Below, piece after piece: positions 18,246-27,547 of a stretch of 64,000 nucleotides of DNA. This DNA comes from an uncultured Bacteroidales bacterium (lineage in GTDB: Bacteria > Bacteroidota > Bacteroidia > Bacteroidales > VadinHA17). The DNA is taken from the NCBI GenBank assembly GCA_963732435.1, contig CAVSZL010000006.1, forward strand, positions 402,579-466,578, read 5' to 3'. The stretch's first letter is position 1, and every line of letters begins with the position of its first letter. The translations under genes were made by a program, and so were the position numbers. The notes beneath the pieces were generated by a model. It was given only the letters and a program-made list of their open reading frames with translations. It was not told where the DNA came from and did not search any database.

Positions 18246-19421
18246 ATGTCAAGGATACTGGTTATTGATGATGAACGTTCCATAAGGAATACGCTGAAGG
18301 AGGTTCTGGAATACGAAAAGCATGAAGTGGATCTTGCAGAAGATGGACCTGCCGGGCTTGAGATGTTTTCAGCAAACAGCTACGATATTATCCTTTGCGA
18401 TATTAAGATGGCCAAGATGGATGGAATTGAGGTTCTCGCTAAAATCATTGAAATAAGTACAGATATTCCTGTAGTCATGATTTCGGGACATGGCAATATT
18501 GATACAGCAGTTGAAGCGATAAAAAAAGGAGCATATGATTTCCTTGAAAAACCTCTTGACCTCAACAGACTTCTCATTACTATACGAAATGCAATGGATA
18601 AGTCTTCTCTTATCTCTCAGACCCAGGTCCTGAAAACCAAGGTCAGCAAAATGTATGAGATTGTTGGTGAATCGGAGGCAATTATGCGGGTAAAAAACAT
18701 GATCGACAGGGTTGCCACTACAGAGGCCAGAGTGCTTATAACCGGATCTAATGGCACAGGGAAAGAGCTTGTTGCACACCAGATCCATGAAAAAAGCAAC
18801 CGGTCCAGGGGTCCGTTCGTAGAGGTAAACTGTGCTGCAATCCCTTCTGAACTTATTGAAAGTGAACTTTTCGGGCATGAAAAAGGTTCATTCACATCAG
18901 CCATAAAGCAGAGAATAGGCAAGTTCGAACAGGCAAACGGAGGTACACTTTTTCTGGATGAGATTGGTGATATGAGTCTCTCCGCACAGGCTAAAGTGCT
19001 GAGGGCGCTGCAGGAAAACAAAATAACCAGGGTTGGTTCAGATAAGGATATTAATGTTAATGTAAGGGTGATTACAGCAACAAATAAGAATATTAAAAAA
19101 GAGATTGACAATAATGGATTCCGGGAAGACCTGTACCACAGACTCAGTGTTATTTTGATCCATGTCCCTACCCTTAACGAAAGAGAAGAAGACATCCCTC
19201 TGCTTGCTGAACACTTCAATTCCTTAATATGCAATGAGTACGGGATGAGTAAAAAAGTTATTAAAAAAGATGCCATTAAAGAACTTCAGAGAATAGAGTG
19301 GACAGGTAACATCAGGGAGTTCAGAAATGTACTTGAAAGACTCATTATTCTCTGCCCGAATGAAATTACCGGAAAGGATGTTATAGCATATGCCAAACCC
19401 GTTTCAGGCACAAATGTATAG
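18246..19421 (+). CDS. Sigma-54-dependent response regulator (REC + AAA+ domains) lacking a C-terminal HTH DNA-binding domain
   Basis: REC domain (DD, 'ILCDIKM', 'KKGAYDFLEKP'). Walker A 'GSNGTGKE', Walker B 'LFLDEIGD', 'GHEKGSFTSA' in place of GAFTGA. The protein ends about 30 aa after the AAA+ lid (391 aa). Confidence 0.85.
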   Translation: MSRILVIDDERSIRNTLKEVLEYEKHEVDLAEDGPAGLEMFSANSYDIILCDIKMAKMDGIEVLAKIIEISTDIPVVMISGHGNIDTAVEAIKKGAYDFLEKPLDLNRLLITIRNAMDKSSLISQTQVLKTKVSKMYEIVGESEAIMRVKNMIDRVATTEARVLITGSNGTGKELVAHQIHEKSNRSRGPFVEVNCAAIPSELIESELFGHEKGSFTSAIKQRIGKFEQANGGTLFLDEIGDMSLSAQAKVLRALQENKITRVGSDKDINVNVRVITATNKNIKKEIDNNGFREDLYHRLSVILIHVPTLNEREEDIPLLAEHFNSLICNEYGMSKKVIKKDAIKELQRIEWTGNIREFRNVLERLIILCPNEITGKDVIAYAKPVSGTNV

Positions 19422-19460
19422 ACCTCTTTAACCTGTATTATTTACATAATTGCCTTATCA

Positions 19461-20897
19461 ATGTACCGTACTGAAAAGGATACTATCGGGCAGAAACAGA
19501 TTCCGGCCGATGCTTTATATGGAATACACGCTTTAAGGGCGAAAGAGAATTTTCCCGGCAATACTCAATTCCCTGTTGAATGGTATATGTCTGTCGGTAT
19601 CACTAAACTGGCCTGTTACAGGACATATCGCAAATTCCGGGAGGCTGCAATTGCTAAAATCGGAAAAGAACTTCCATTCAGATTCATTGATGATCAGATA
19701 CTTAATGCTCTGATATATGCGGCTGGTGAGGTGGCTGAGGGAAGACATTTTGAGAACTTCATTGTTCCTGCCGTCCAGGGTGGCGCCGGTACCAGCATTA
19801 ATATGAATGTTAATGAGATTATTACAAACACCGCTCTTATAAAAAACCTGCTTAAATGCGGAGAGTATGATTATATTGACCCTACTGAAGATGCAAATAT
19901 CTTTCAGTCAACAAATGATGTAATTCCATCTGCCCTGACAGTTGCAGTAATGAAATTACTTCAATCTCTTGAAGAACAAATAAATACACTTCGGCAGACT
20001 GTTGAAAAACTTGAATCCGGAACCAGGGAAATGCTTCGTCCGGGTTATACCCAGATGCAGGAAGCAGTGCCGACATCGTTCGGAATATTATTCAGTACGT
20101 ATAACGATGCACTTTCCCGTGACTGGTGGAGAGTATCTAAATGCTCGGAGAGGATCAAGCAGATAAACCTCGGAGGAGGAGCCATTGGCACAGGATTATC
20201 TCTTCCCCGTTACTTCATAAAGGAGGTTGTTCCTGAACTGAGAAATATAACCGGATTACCCCTCGCCCATAGTGAGAATTTAGCAGATGCCACATCAAAT
20301 TTGGATAAGTGGGTTGAGATACATGCTACTCTGAAAGCGCATGCTGTCAACCTCGAAAAGATCTCTTCAGATTTGCGCCTTCTCTCTTCGGATCTGACAG
20401 GTGAAAAGAGTATTACCATCCCTGCGGTTCAGGTTGGAAGCTCAATAATGCCGGGGAAAATAAACCCTGTGATACCGGAATTTGTTATTTCTTCAGCACA
20501 TAAAATATATGCCAACGATGTGCTTATCAGTTCTCTCAGTGGACAGGGAACCCTTGAGCTTAATGCATATCTGCCGGTAATAGGCTGTGCAGTTATTGAG
20601 AGCATCAACTTACTGATCTCATGTAACAATTCCTTACTCCATAACGTTTTTGACGGTCTGGTAATAAATAAAGCATCCGGTTATAATGCTCTTATCAACA
20701 GCCCTTCTGTAACAACGGCACTAAGTCCATATATTGGTTATCATAAAGCTGCTGAGCTGGCCATATTAATGAAAGAAAAAAAGATAAACATCTTTGAAGC
20801 GAATAAGATCCTTAAGATTCTGGATGAAACAAAACTTAATACTGTTTTACAGCCGGGAAACCTCCTGAAACAAGGCTTTTCACTTGATGACCTATAG
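19461..20897 (+). CDS. aspA: Aspartate ammonia-lyase family enzyme (fumarase/aspartase class II fold)
   Basis: Signature 'GSSIMPGKINPVIPE', plus 'QSTNDVIPSA' and 'TSINMNVNE'. Confidence 0.8.
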   Translation: MYRTEKDTIGQKQIPADALYGIHALRAKENFPGNTQFPVEWYMSVGITKLACYRTYRKFREAAIAKIGKELPFRFIDDQILNALIYAAGEVAEGRHFENFIVPAVQGGAGTSINMNVNEIITNTALIKNLLKCGEYDYIDPTEDANIFQSTNDVIPSALTVAVMKLLQSLEEQINTLRQTVEKLESGTREMLRPGYTQMQEAVPTSFGILFSTYNDALSRDWWRVSKCSERIKQINLGGGAIGTGLSLPRYFIKEVVPELRNITGLPLAHSENLADATSNLDKWVEIHATLKAHAVNLEKISSDLRLLSSDLTGEKSITIPAVQVGSSIMPGKINPVIPEFVISSAHKIYANDVLISSLSGQGTLELNAYLPVIGCAVIESINLLISCNNSLLHNVFDGLVINKASGYNALINSPSVTTALSPYIGYHKAAELAILMKEKKINIFEANKILKILDETKLNTVLQPGNLLKQGFSLDDL

Positions 20898-20970
20898 CTT
20901 TCATTTCTTTCTGCTTTTTATAACTTAATTGTTTTTACTGTACCTTAATTTCGCAAAACATTATCTGAAA

Positions 20971-22197
20971 ATGTCCAAAGGAAGAGAGTCTAAACCACAT
21001 ATAGGAATTTATGGTCGACGTAATAACGGGAAGAGCAGCCTGATCAACTGCCTGGCAGGTCAGGATATTGCGATAGTTTCTGATCATGCCGGAACCACAA
21101 CAGATCCGGTTAAGAAATCATTCGAGATAACTGGTTTCGGACCGGTTATCCTTATAGATACAGCAGGTATTGATGACACAGGTGATCTGGGAAAAAAAAG
21201 AATTGAGAGAACATTAAGGACTCTGGAAATTATTGATCTTGCTCTAATTATTGTCACCGGTAACTCATGGGGAGAGTATGAAGACAATCTGATAAGACAG
21301 TTCAAAACACAAGACCTTCCCTACATAATAATACATAGTAAGTCTGACCTTGAATTGCCAACCGCAGAATTCAGCAGGAAGGTGTCAGAGATTACCGGTT
21401 CTACCCTTTTTGAGTTCTCCTCGGCTGACAAACGAAATTATGAAGATCTCATTAATCTGATCCGCAATACAATTCCTGAACACTCATATAAAACAACAAC
21501 CCTTCTGGGAGATCTTATCAATTATGGAGATATTGTAATTCTTATAACTCCGATAGATGTGGAAGCCCCTGCTGGAAGACTTATTCTTCCACAGGTTCAG
21601 GCGATCAGGGATATCCTTGACAATGATGCAGTTGCTATTGTATTAAAAGAGAGGGAGGTTGACAGTTTCCTGAAAAAGACAAAAATAAAGCCGGCACTTG
21701 CTATAACAGATTCCCAGGTTTTTGTAAAAGCTGATGCGTCAATACCTCACGATATTCCACTAACCAGCTTCAGCATAATGCTTGCCAGGTTTAAAGGTGA
21801 TTTTGACAGCTATATTAAAGGGACACCAAAAATATCTGAATTAAAAGACGGCGACAGAGTACTTCTTCTTGAATCTTGTACACACCATGTTGCCTGCGAT
21901 GATATCGGGCGAACCAAGATACCAAGGTGGCTGACCGGTTTCACAGGAAAAAAAATTGAATATGATGTTGTGGCTGGTCTCGATGTTCTGCCGAGGGCAA
22001 TTACAGACTATTCACTTGTTATTCAGTGTGGCGGATGCATGATAACCAGAAGACAACTTCATAACAGGCTTCAGCCTGCAATTAAAGCAGGCATACCTGT
22101 AACAAACTATGGCATGGCAATAGCATATGTTCAGGGAATATATAACAGAGCCGTGGCCCCATTTATTAAAGGTGAAAATAATAATATTTACCTTTAA
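20971..22197 (+). CDS. hydF: [FeFe]-hydrogenase H-cluster maturation GTPase HydF
   Basis: GTPase motifs 'GRRNNGKSS', 'DTAG', 'SKSD'. C-terminal cluster-binding cysteines 'CTHH ... QCGGC'. ATG at 20971 preferred to the upstream TTG. Confidence 0.75.
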   Translation: MSKGRESKPHIGIYGRRNNGKSSLINCLAGQDIAIVSDHAGTTTDPVKKSFEITGFGPVILIDTAGIDDTGDLGKKRIERTLRTLEIIDLALIIVTGNSWGEYEDNLIRQFKTQDLPYIIIHSKSDLELPTAEFSRKVSEITGSTLFEFSSADKRNYEDLINLIRNTIPEHSYKTTTLLGDLINYGDIVILITPIDVEAPAGRLILPQVQAIRDILDNDAVAIVLKEREVDSFLKKTKIKPALAITDSQVFVKADASIPHDIPLTSFSIMLARFKGDFDSYIKGTPKISELKDGDRVLLLESCTHHVACDDIGRTKIPRWLTGFTGKKIEYDVVAGLDVLPRAITDYSLVIQCGGCMITRRQLHNRLQPAIKAGIPVTNYGMAIAYVQGIYNRAVAPFIKGENNNIYL

Positions 22198-22270
22198 AGT
22201 TTAAATAATCGGTGGTGCATAAAAAAGTCAGGATCCATTAACCCTGATACCATGGAATGAATAACTTTTT

Positions 22271-25270
22271 CTAAAACCTGAAATATATAAATGGCTGTAT
22301 ATCTGTTGTCCTCATCTGGTAAAGCAGAACAGCCACTACCATTAAAACAATCATCTGACCCACCAGTGGTATTCTGATAAAATATCCCCTGTAGACTTCT
22401 TTGGTTACCTCGGGAAGAAGATGGATCATATACCCTGCAATTATCAATAAGAATACATTTCCATATACTGGCAATACTGTACTGTATGATCCGGGCGAAA
22501 AATTTTCTATAATCTGGGTAATCATGATTCTGACACTATCCACATCCGGTGCCCTGAAAAAAATCCAGCAGAAGGTCACAAAATGGAATGTAATAAAAAC
22601 TCCTAAGATCCGGCTTATGCGATTTGAAAAAAGTTTTACGCCAATAACTGATCGCCAGGTACGACTAATAACCAGGGCTATACCATGAAACGCACCCCAA
22701 ATTATAAACCTGAGAGAAGCTCCATGCCAAAGACCACCCAGCAACATGGTGATTATAAGATTGATATAGGCTCTGATCTTCCCTTTTCTGTTTCCGCCTA
22801 ATGGTATATACAGATAATCCTTTAACCAGCGTGAAAGGGAAATATGCCATCGCTTCCAGAAATCTTCAATGCTGGATGCCTTATAGGGTGAATTAAAGTT
22901 AACCGGTAAGCGGAATCCAAGTATCAATGCTATCCCGATAGCAATATCAGTGTAACCTGAAAAATCACAATAGATCTGAAGACCATATCCATAAACCGCC
23001 ATCAGGTTTTCAAAACCTGAATAGAAGGCAGGAGTATCGAAGACCCTGTCAATAAAATTAACAGCAATAAAATCAGATATTATGATTTTTTTAATCAACC
23101 CTTTGGATATTAAAAATAATGCATGACTAAACTCTCTCTTCCCAAGGTGAAATTCGCTATATAGCTGGGGAATGAATTCAGAAGCTCTTACGATTGGGCC
23201 GGCAACCAGTTGGGGAAAAAAGGAAACATAAAATCCGAAATCCAGGATATTCCTTACCGGCTCCATTTTCCTCCTGTAAACATCTATTGTATAGCTTAAA
23301 GACTGAAATGTAAAAAATGATATTCCGACAGGGAGGATAATAGTACTTATTCCAAACGAAGTCCCGAGAACAGAATTTGAAAATTGTGCAAAATAATCGT
23401 ACACAATAAAATCTGTTCCCAGCAGATTATTTAAAGATTCCACAATGAAAGCCGAATATTTAAAATAAGCAAGTATTCCCAGGTTTGAGAATAGACTAAA
23501 AACAATCATAATTCTTCTGAAAAACCTGGACTTTGAATTATAGATCAGTAAACCGCATGTATAATCAATTACCGAGACTAAAATCAGAAGAAATAAGAAA
23601 AGGCCCCCGGATTTATAATAAAAAAAGAGGCTGAAAATGAAGAGATAAACATTTCGCAGATATAGCTTCCTGTATACTAGGCTATATCCTGCAAGAACGA
23701 TCAGGAAGAATATCCAGAAAGCAGGTACTGAAAAGATCAATGGCTTTAATGGATCATAGCTGAATATTAATGAGATAAGTATCCTGAGGAAGCTCTCATT
23801 TTCCGGAGTTTCAACAGGACTGATTGAATTATCCTGCTGTTTAAGGATAACACTATCCTGTCTGTAACTGACCATTGTCAAACAAACAGAGTCTGATTCT
23901 TCATAATTAAACAAAGCATCTGTAAGTATCCTTGAAAGAGTATCAGCCCCCTGATTGGTAAAATGGACATAATCTTTCTGTGCTAAAGGAGGTAACTTTC
24001 CCGCCCATTTTATGATCGACGACTCTCCTCCCATTGCATTATACGAATCCCAGAATATTGCACCAGCCTCATCCGATGCACTCTTCTGTGCCTCAATTAT
24101 TGAGGAGATATTGCTGTACGAGACTATACTGTCACCATTAGTATAAGCCATATCCGTAACACCAACCAGCAGAACAGGTGTAGATGGGGAGATCTCCTTC
24201 AACAATGAAAGTTGCCGTACCAGTCCTTTTCTGTAGTAAGAATAATCGGACCGGACATTCCTGACAATGTTTAGACCGTAATGCAGCACGAACAAGTCAG
24301 GAGAGAGTCTCCTGTAAGATTCAGCAAGATTCTCCCTGTCAACCATTGTAAACTCAAGACCTGCACTTCCTCGTTGCGGGATATTGTCAACTATAACACC
24401 TTTGCTGCTTTCAATACTGATCCCAAAAATATCCGGACTAACTCTTCCTTCAAACTCAATCAGAATCTGTTTTGCCCCCATTAACTTACAGGAAATCTCA
24501 TTTATTCCCTCGCCCCTCCTCAGAGTATCTGCAAATAACTTTTTTTCATCACCTCTGACTTCTACTTTAACAACACCCTCCCTGTTTTCATAAAAAATTC
24601 TCAGCAAATCATATTCTGATGAAGTGCTGTCAGCAAATTTAGAGGGCCTGATATTTACAGAAGCCTTAACAGGTGCAGGGGAGTTTTCTCCTTCTGGCAA
24701 ATATCTGCACAAGGTCATAAACGGACCAAAATCCCTGTGTGATATTTCGCCGCCAGTGTATGAAAGATAATTATATCTTTTCCAGTTTGAGGAAGACCTT
24801 ATCCATATCGACTTTGTATACATCACAGGCATAAGCGGGAGGAAAAGTCCTGGTCCGGTTCCTCCCCCCTGTTTTCTGAGAGTCGAACGTAAAAATGAAG
24901 TTACACGATCGCCTTCTATCTGAGAATCACCATAATACAGAATCCGGATTTGTTTATCCGAGTGTTGCATGGAATCAACCAGAACCCTCAGTGCATTATC
25001 AGTAACACTATCAGTAATAGTGTCTTTAACGACAGGGACAGAATCTGGTCTGATAAAAATCTTTTCAGGTAATGCAGCAATTGAATCAGCCGGATGAAAA
25101 TCATTTATCTCTTTAATATCATCGTTTAAGGGAAATAGCGCATTTATCAGACTTGAAGGGAAAAAGTCATTAATACTGGGAAAAAGTTGAGGAGCCGGAA
25201 AAATATAATGAAGACCTGTTAAACAGACCAGTAAGATCAGTAGCAGCCAAAACGACCTTAGGGGACGCAT
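22271..25270 (-). CDS. Fusion protein: N-terminal anchored SGNH/GDSL-like domain plus a C-terminal MBOAT membrane O-acyltransferase (AlgI/PatA/DltB-like)
   Basis: SGNH blocks 'LYYGDSQIEGD' and 'DYVHFT'. MBOAT motifs 'FWKRWHISLSRWLKDYLYIPLGGNRKG' and 'GGLWHGAS'. 999 aa with many TM segments in the C-terminal half. Confidence 0.75.
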   Translation of the reverse strand: MRPLRSFWLLLILLVCLTGLHYIFPAPQLFPSINDFFPSSLINALFPLNDDIKEINDFHPADSIAALPEKIFIRPDSVPVVKDTITDSVTDNALRVLVDSMQHSDKQIRILYYGDSQIEGDRVTSFLRSTLRKQGGGTGPGLFLPLMPVMYTKSIWIRSSSNWKRYNYLSYTGGEISHRDFGPFMTLCRYLPEGENSPAPVKASVNIRPSKFADSTSSEYDLLRIFYENREGVVKVEVRGDEKKLFADTLRRGEGINEISCKLMGAKQILIEFEGRVSPDIFGISIESSKGVIVDNIPQRGSAGLEFTMVDRENLAESYRRLSPDLFVLHYGLNIVRNVRSDYSYYRKGLVRQLSLLKEISPSTPVLLVGVTDMAYTNGDSIVSYSNISSIIEAQKSASDEAGAIFWDSYNAMGGESSIIKWAGKLPPLAQKDYVHFTNQGADTLSRILTDALFNYEESDSVCLTMVSYRQDSVILKQQDNSISPVETPENESFLRILISLIFSYDPLKPLIFSVPAFWIFFLIVLAGYSLVYRKLYLRNVYLFIFSLFFYYKSGGLFLFLLILVSVIDYTCGLLIYNSKSRFFRRIMIVFSLFSNLGILAYFKYSAFIVESLNNLLGTDFIVYDYFAQFSNSVLGTSFGISTIILPVGISFFTFQSLSYTIDVYRRKMEPVRNILDFGFYVSFFPQLVAGPIVRASEFIPQLYSEFHLGKREFSHALFLISKGLIKKIIISDFIAVNFIDRVFDTPAFYSGFENLMAVYGYGLQIYCDFSGYTDIAIGIALILGFRLPVNFNSPYKASSIEDFWKRWHISLSRWLKDYLYIPLGGNRKGKIRAYINLIITMLLGGLWHGASLRFIIWGAFHGIALVISRTWRSVIGVKLFSNRISRILGVFITFHFVTFCWIFFRAPDVDSVRIMITQIIENFSPGSYSTVLPVYGNVFLLIIAGYMIHLLPEVTKEVYRGYFIRIPLVGQMIVLMVVAVLLYQMRTTDIQPFIYFRF

Positions 25271-25284
25271 ATATTATGAAAGAA

Positions 25285-26829
25285 TCAAATCTTTTTCTTG
25301 ATCTTCAGCTTCTGCCCAACCTGGATCCTCGATGCATCAGAAATATTATTAAGATTAAGGACCTGACTCGCAGAAACGTCATCATACATTTTTACAATAT
25401 TCCAAATATTATCACCATTACGGACTGTATAAATAATATATTCTCCATCCGATTCATCCGTGACATTATAAGCTACCGGCTGAGTATTAACGGGAACAGT
25501 TTTTCCCACCATGGCCTGTTTCTCTGCAAATGTCATCGAATTTATCTTTGAAAAGTATTCGGATCTTGAAGGATCAATATATACTGCCAGTTTCTGACCT
25601 ACGCGTATAGTATTCCTGTAAATATTATTCCAGTTTCGGAGGTCGCTTAATCCGACATTGTACCATGAAGAGATGAATCCCAGATTATCTCCGTCCTGAA
25701 CAACATAAATTAATTTTGTCTTACCTTTAATGTCTGCAGGAATATAGGAAGAACGCGAAGGATCGGCAATCTGTGTTGTTTTGTTAAGGTACAGATCTGC
25801 CTTGTGACTCCTTATTGTATCATTTAAATCGATAAAATCACCCAAATGGTTCATTGGAAGAGTAAGAACCTGAGGTTTTGCTGAACCGGGAACCAGACCG
25901 GTCCGATACTGAGGATTTAATGCATGAAGTTCACCAAGAGGGATGCCCATTACTTCCGAGATCTGTTTCAGGTGAATATCCTTATTAAACATTATCGTAT
26001 CTGTTGAAACAGGTATATTAATCGGAAGCGGATAAAGGTCATGTTCTTCACTGTATGTTACAGCATATGCAGCAGCAATATACATCGGGATATAACCTCT
26101 TGTTTCCCGTGGAAGCCTGTAATAGATCTCCCAGTAATCCTTCTTATTACCCGATCGTCTTATAGCTTTGTTGACATTCCCCGGTCCGCAATTGTAAGCA
26201 GCAATAACAAGCACCCAGTCATTATAAATGCTATAAAGATCTTTCATGTAACGAGCGGCTGCATGAGTTGCCTTTAACGGGTCCCTGCGTTCATCCACCA
26301 CAGAATTTATTGTTAGTCCGTACATTCTTCCGGTACTGTACATGAACTGCCATAAACCGGTGGCACCCATCCTGGAAACCACATCGGGATTAAGGGCTGA
26401 TTCGATAACTGCCATGTATTTAAGCTCATCAGGGAGTCCATAAGAATCAAATACATTTTCGATCATCGGGAAGTAGTAATCTTTAAGTCCCAGAACAGCT
26501 TCGAATTTTTCTCTCTGCCTGATTGTATAAACATGAATATGATTTCTGATAATAGAATTGTATGGCAGGCTTATAATCGAATTAATGCGGCTTAACCTGC
26601 TCCTGTATATTGAATCAGGATACTGAAACCTCACACTATCAGATGAAGGGCTGGCGGGAGTATTCTGTAAAGCCATTTTCACATACCATGTATTGACGAG
26701 GCTGTCAAGATCTCGGGAAATTAGTTCTGAACTGTTATCTGACCGGATTATTATGGTATCGGATACCGAAAGAGCATTTAAGTTCAGAGTAATCAGAAGC
26801 AGTGTTATAAAAAAGGCAGAAAATCTCAT
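25285..26829 (-). CDS. MltD-like lytic transglycosylase with C-terminal LysM repeats
   Basis: SLT domain 'AVIESALNPDVVSRMGATGLWQFM'. Two LysM modules ('YVVQDGDNLGFISSWYNV...', 'YTVRNGDNIWNIVKMY...'). N-terminal signal peptide. Confidence 0.85.
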   Translation of the reverse strand: MRFSAFFITLLLITLNLNALSVSDTIIIRSDNSSELISRDLDSLVNTWYVKMALQNTPASPSSDSVRFQYPDSIYRSRLSRINSIISLPYNSIIRNHIHVYTIRQREKFEAVLGLKDYYFPMIENVFDSYGLPDELKYMAVIESALNPDVVSRMGATGLWQFMYSTGRMYGLTINSVVDERRDPLKATHAAARYMKDLYSIYNDWVLVIAAYNCGPGNVNKAIRRSGNKKDYWEIYYRLPRETRGYIPMYIAAAYAVTYSEEHDLYPLPINIPVSTDTIMFNKDIHLKQISEVMGIPLGELHALNPQYRTGLVPGSAKPQVLTLPMNHLGDFIDLNDTIRSHKADLYLNKTTQIADPSRSSYIPADIKGKTKLIYVVQDGDNLGFISSWYNVGLSDLRNWNNIYRNTIRVGQKLAVYIDPSRSEYFSKINSMTFAEKQAMVGKTVPVNTQPVAYNVTDESDGEYIIYTVRNGDNIWNIVKMYDDVSASQVLNLNNISDASRIQVGQKLKIKKKI

Positions 26830-26845
26830 AATTTTAGTAAAAGTA

Positions 26846-27487
26846 TTAAAAATTAATTGTCAGACTCATATTCACACCTGCTCCTATATATCCACCGGGC
26901 AGTGGCACCGGCCCGGGAAACAGGGCAATATCGAGGTTATCACTAATGTCAAAATTATAAAGGCTGGCATCGACATTTGCATCAAGAATTGTTATCAAAT
27001 ACCAAGCAGCGATGCCAATATACGAAAGATCGCGATATTTTCTGTAATAATCTATTTGTCTTAACATTGCATCCTCGAGGTTAGAGGCAGTTGCAGGGTT
27101 ATAAGTAGATGGATACCATACAGGATCGTAAGTTGACTGATCTATATTATCAGGTATTACATCAAGATAACTGGTTGTCTCTTTTATGTCATCAGTAAAG
27201 TCCTGGTAAGCTTTCATATACTTATTGTAATTCGATGAATTAAATCCAACAAAGTAAATAAGAGTTCCAAAACCCGCATATACAAATGGAACTTTCACAT
27301 ATTTTCTGTTATAGACCTGGCCCAGTCCCGGAAAAGCAACAGCAAGCATGGTAGCTGTCATTGGCACAGCCTGAAAAGCAGGTTTTTCCTGTTTAGGAAC
27401 AGCAATTGAATCCTGTGCAAAACCATTTTGCGGAATGCAAAAAAGTTGCAATACAATGGATATCAGTATTTTAATAAATATCTTCAA
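26846..27487 (-). CDS. DUF5683-domain protein (Bacteroidota, parB-linked)
   Basis: Signal peptide ending 'GFA|QDS' and the motif 'FPGLGQVYNRKY'. Synteny with parAB recalled from Bacteroidota genomes. Confidence 0.6.
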   Translation of the reverse strand: MKIFIKILISIVLQLFCIPQNGFAQDSIAVPKQEKPAFQAVPMTATMLAVAFPGLGQVYNRKYVKVPFVYAGFGTLIYFVGFNSSNYNKYMKAYQDFTDDIKETTSYLDVIPDNIDQSTYDPVWYPSTYNPATASNLEDAMLRQIDYYRKYRDLSYIGIAAWYLITILDANVDASLYNFDISDNLDIALFPGPVPLPGGYIGAGVNMSLTINF

Positions 27488-27547
27488 AATAAAAATGCCG
27501 GCATTTACTGCCAGAATACAGATAACGGCGGGTAAAGATAATTATTT

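Noticed and set aside
25276-25551. 91-aa plus-strand ORF at the mltD / MBOAT-fusion junction.
   Set aside because: It is antisense to the LysM region of the lytic transglycosylase, low in complexity (Ile/Asn-rich), and has no independent support.
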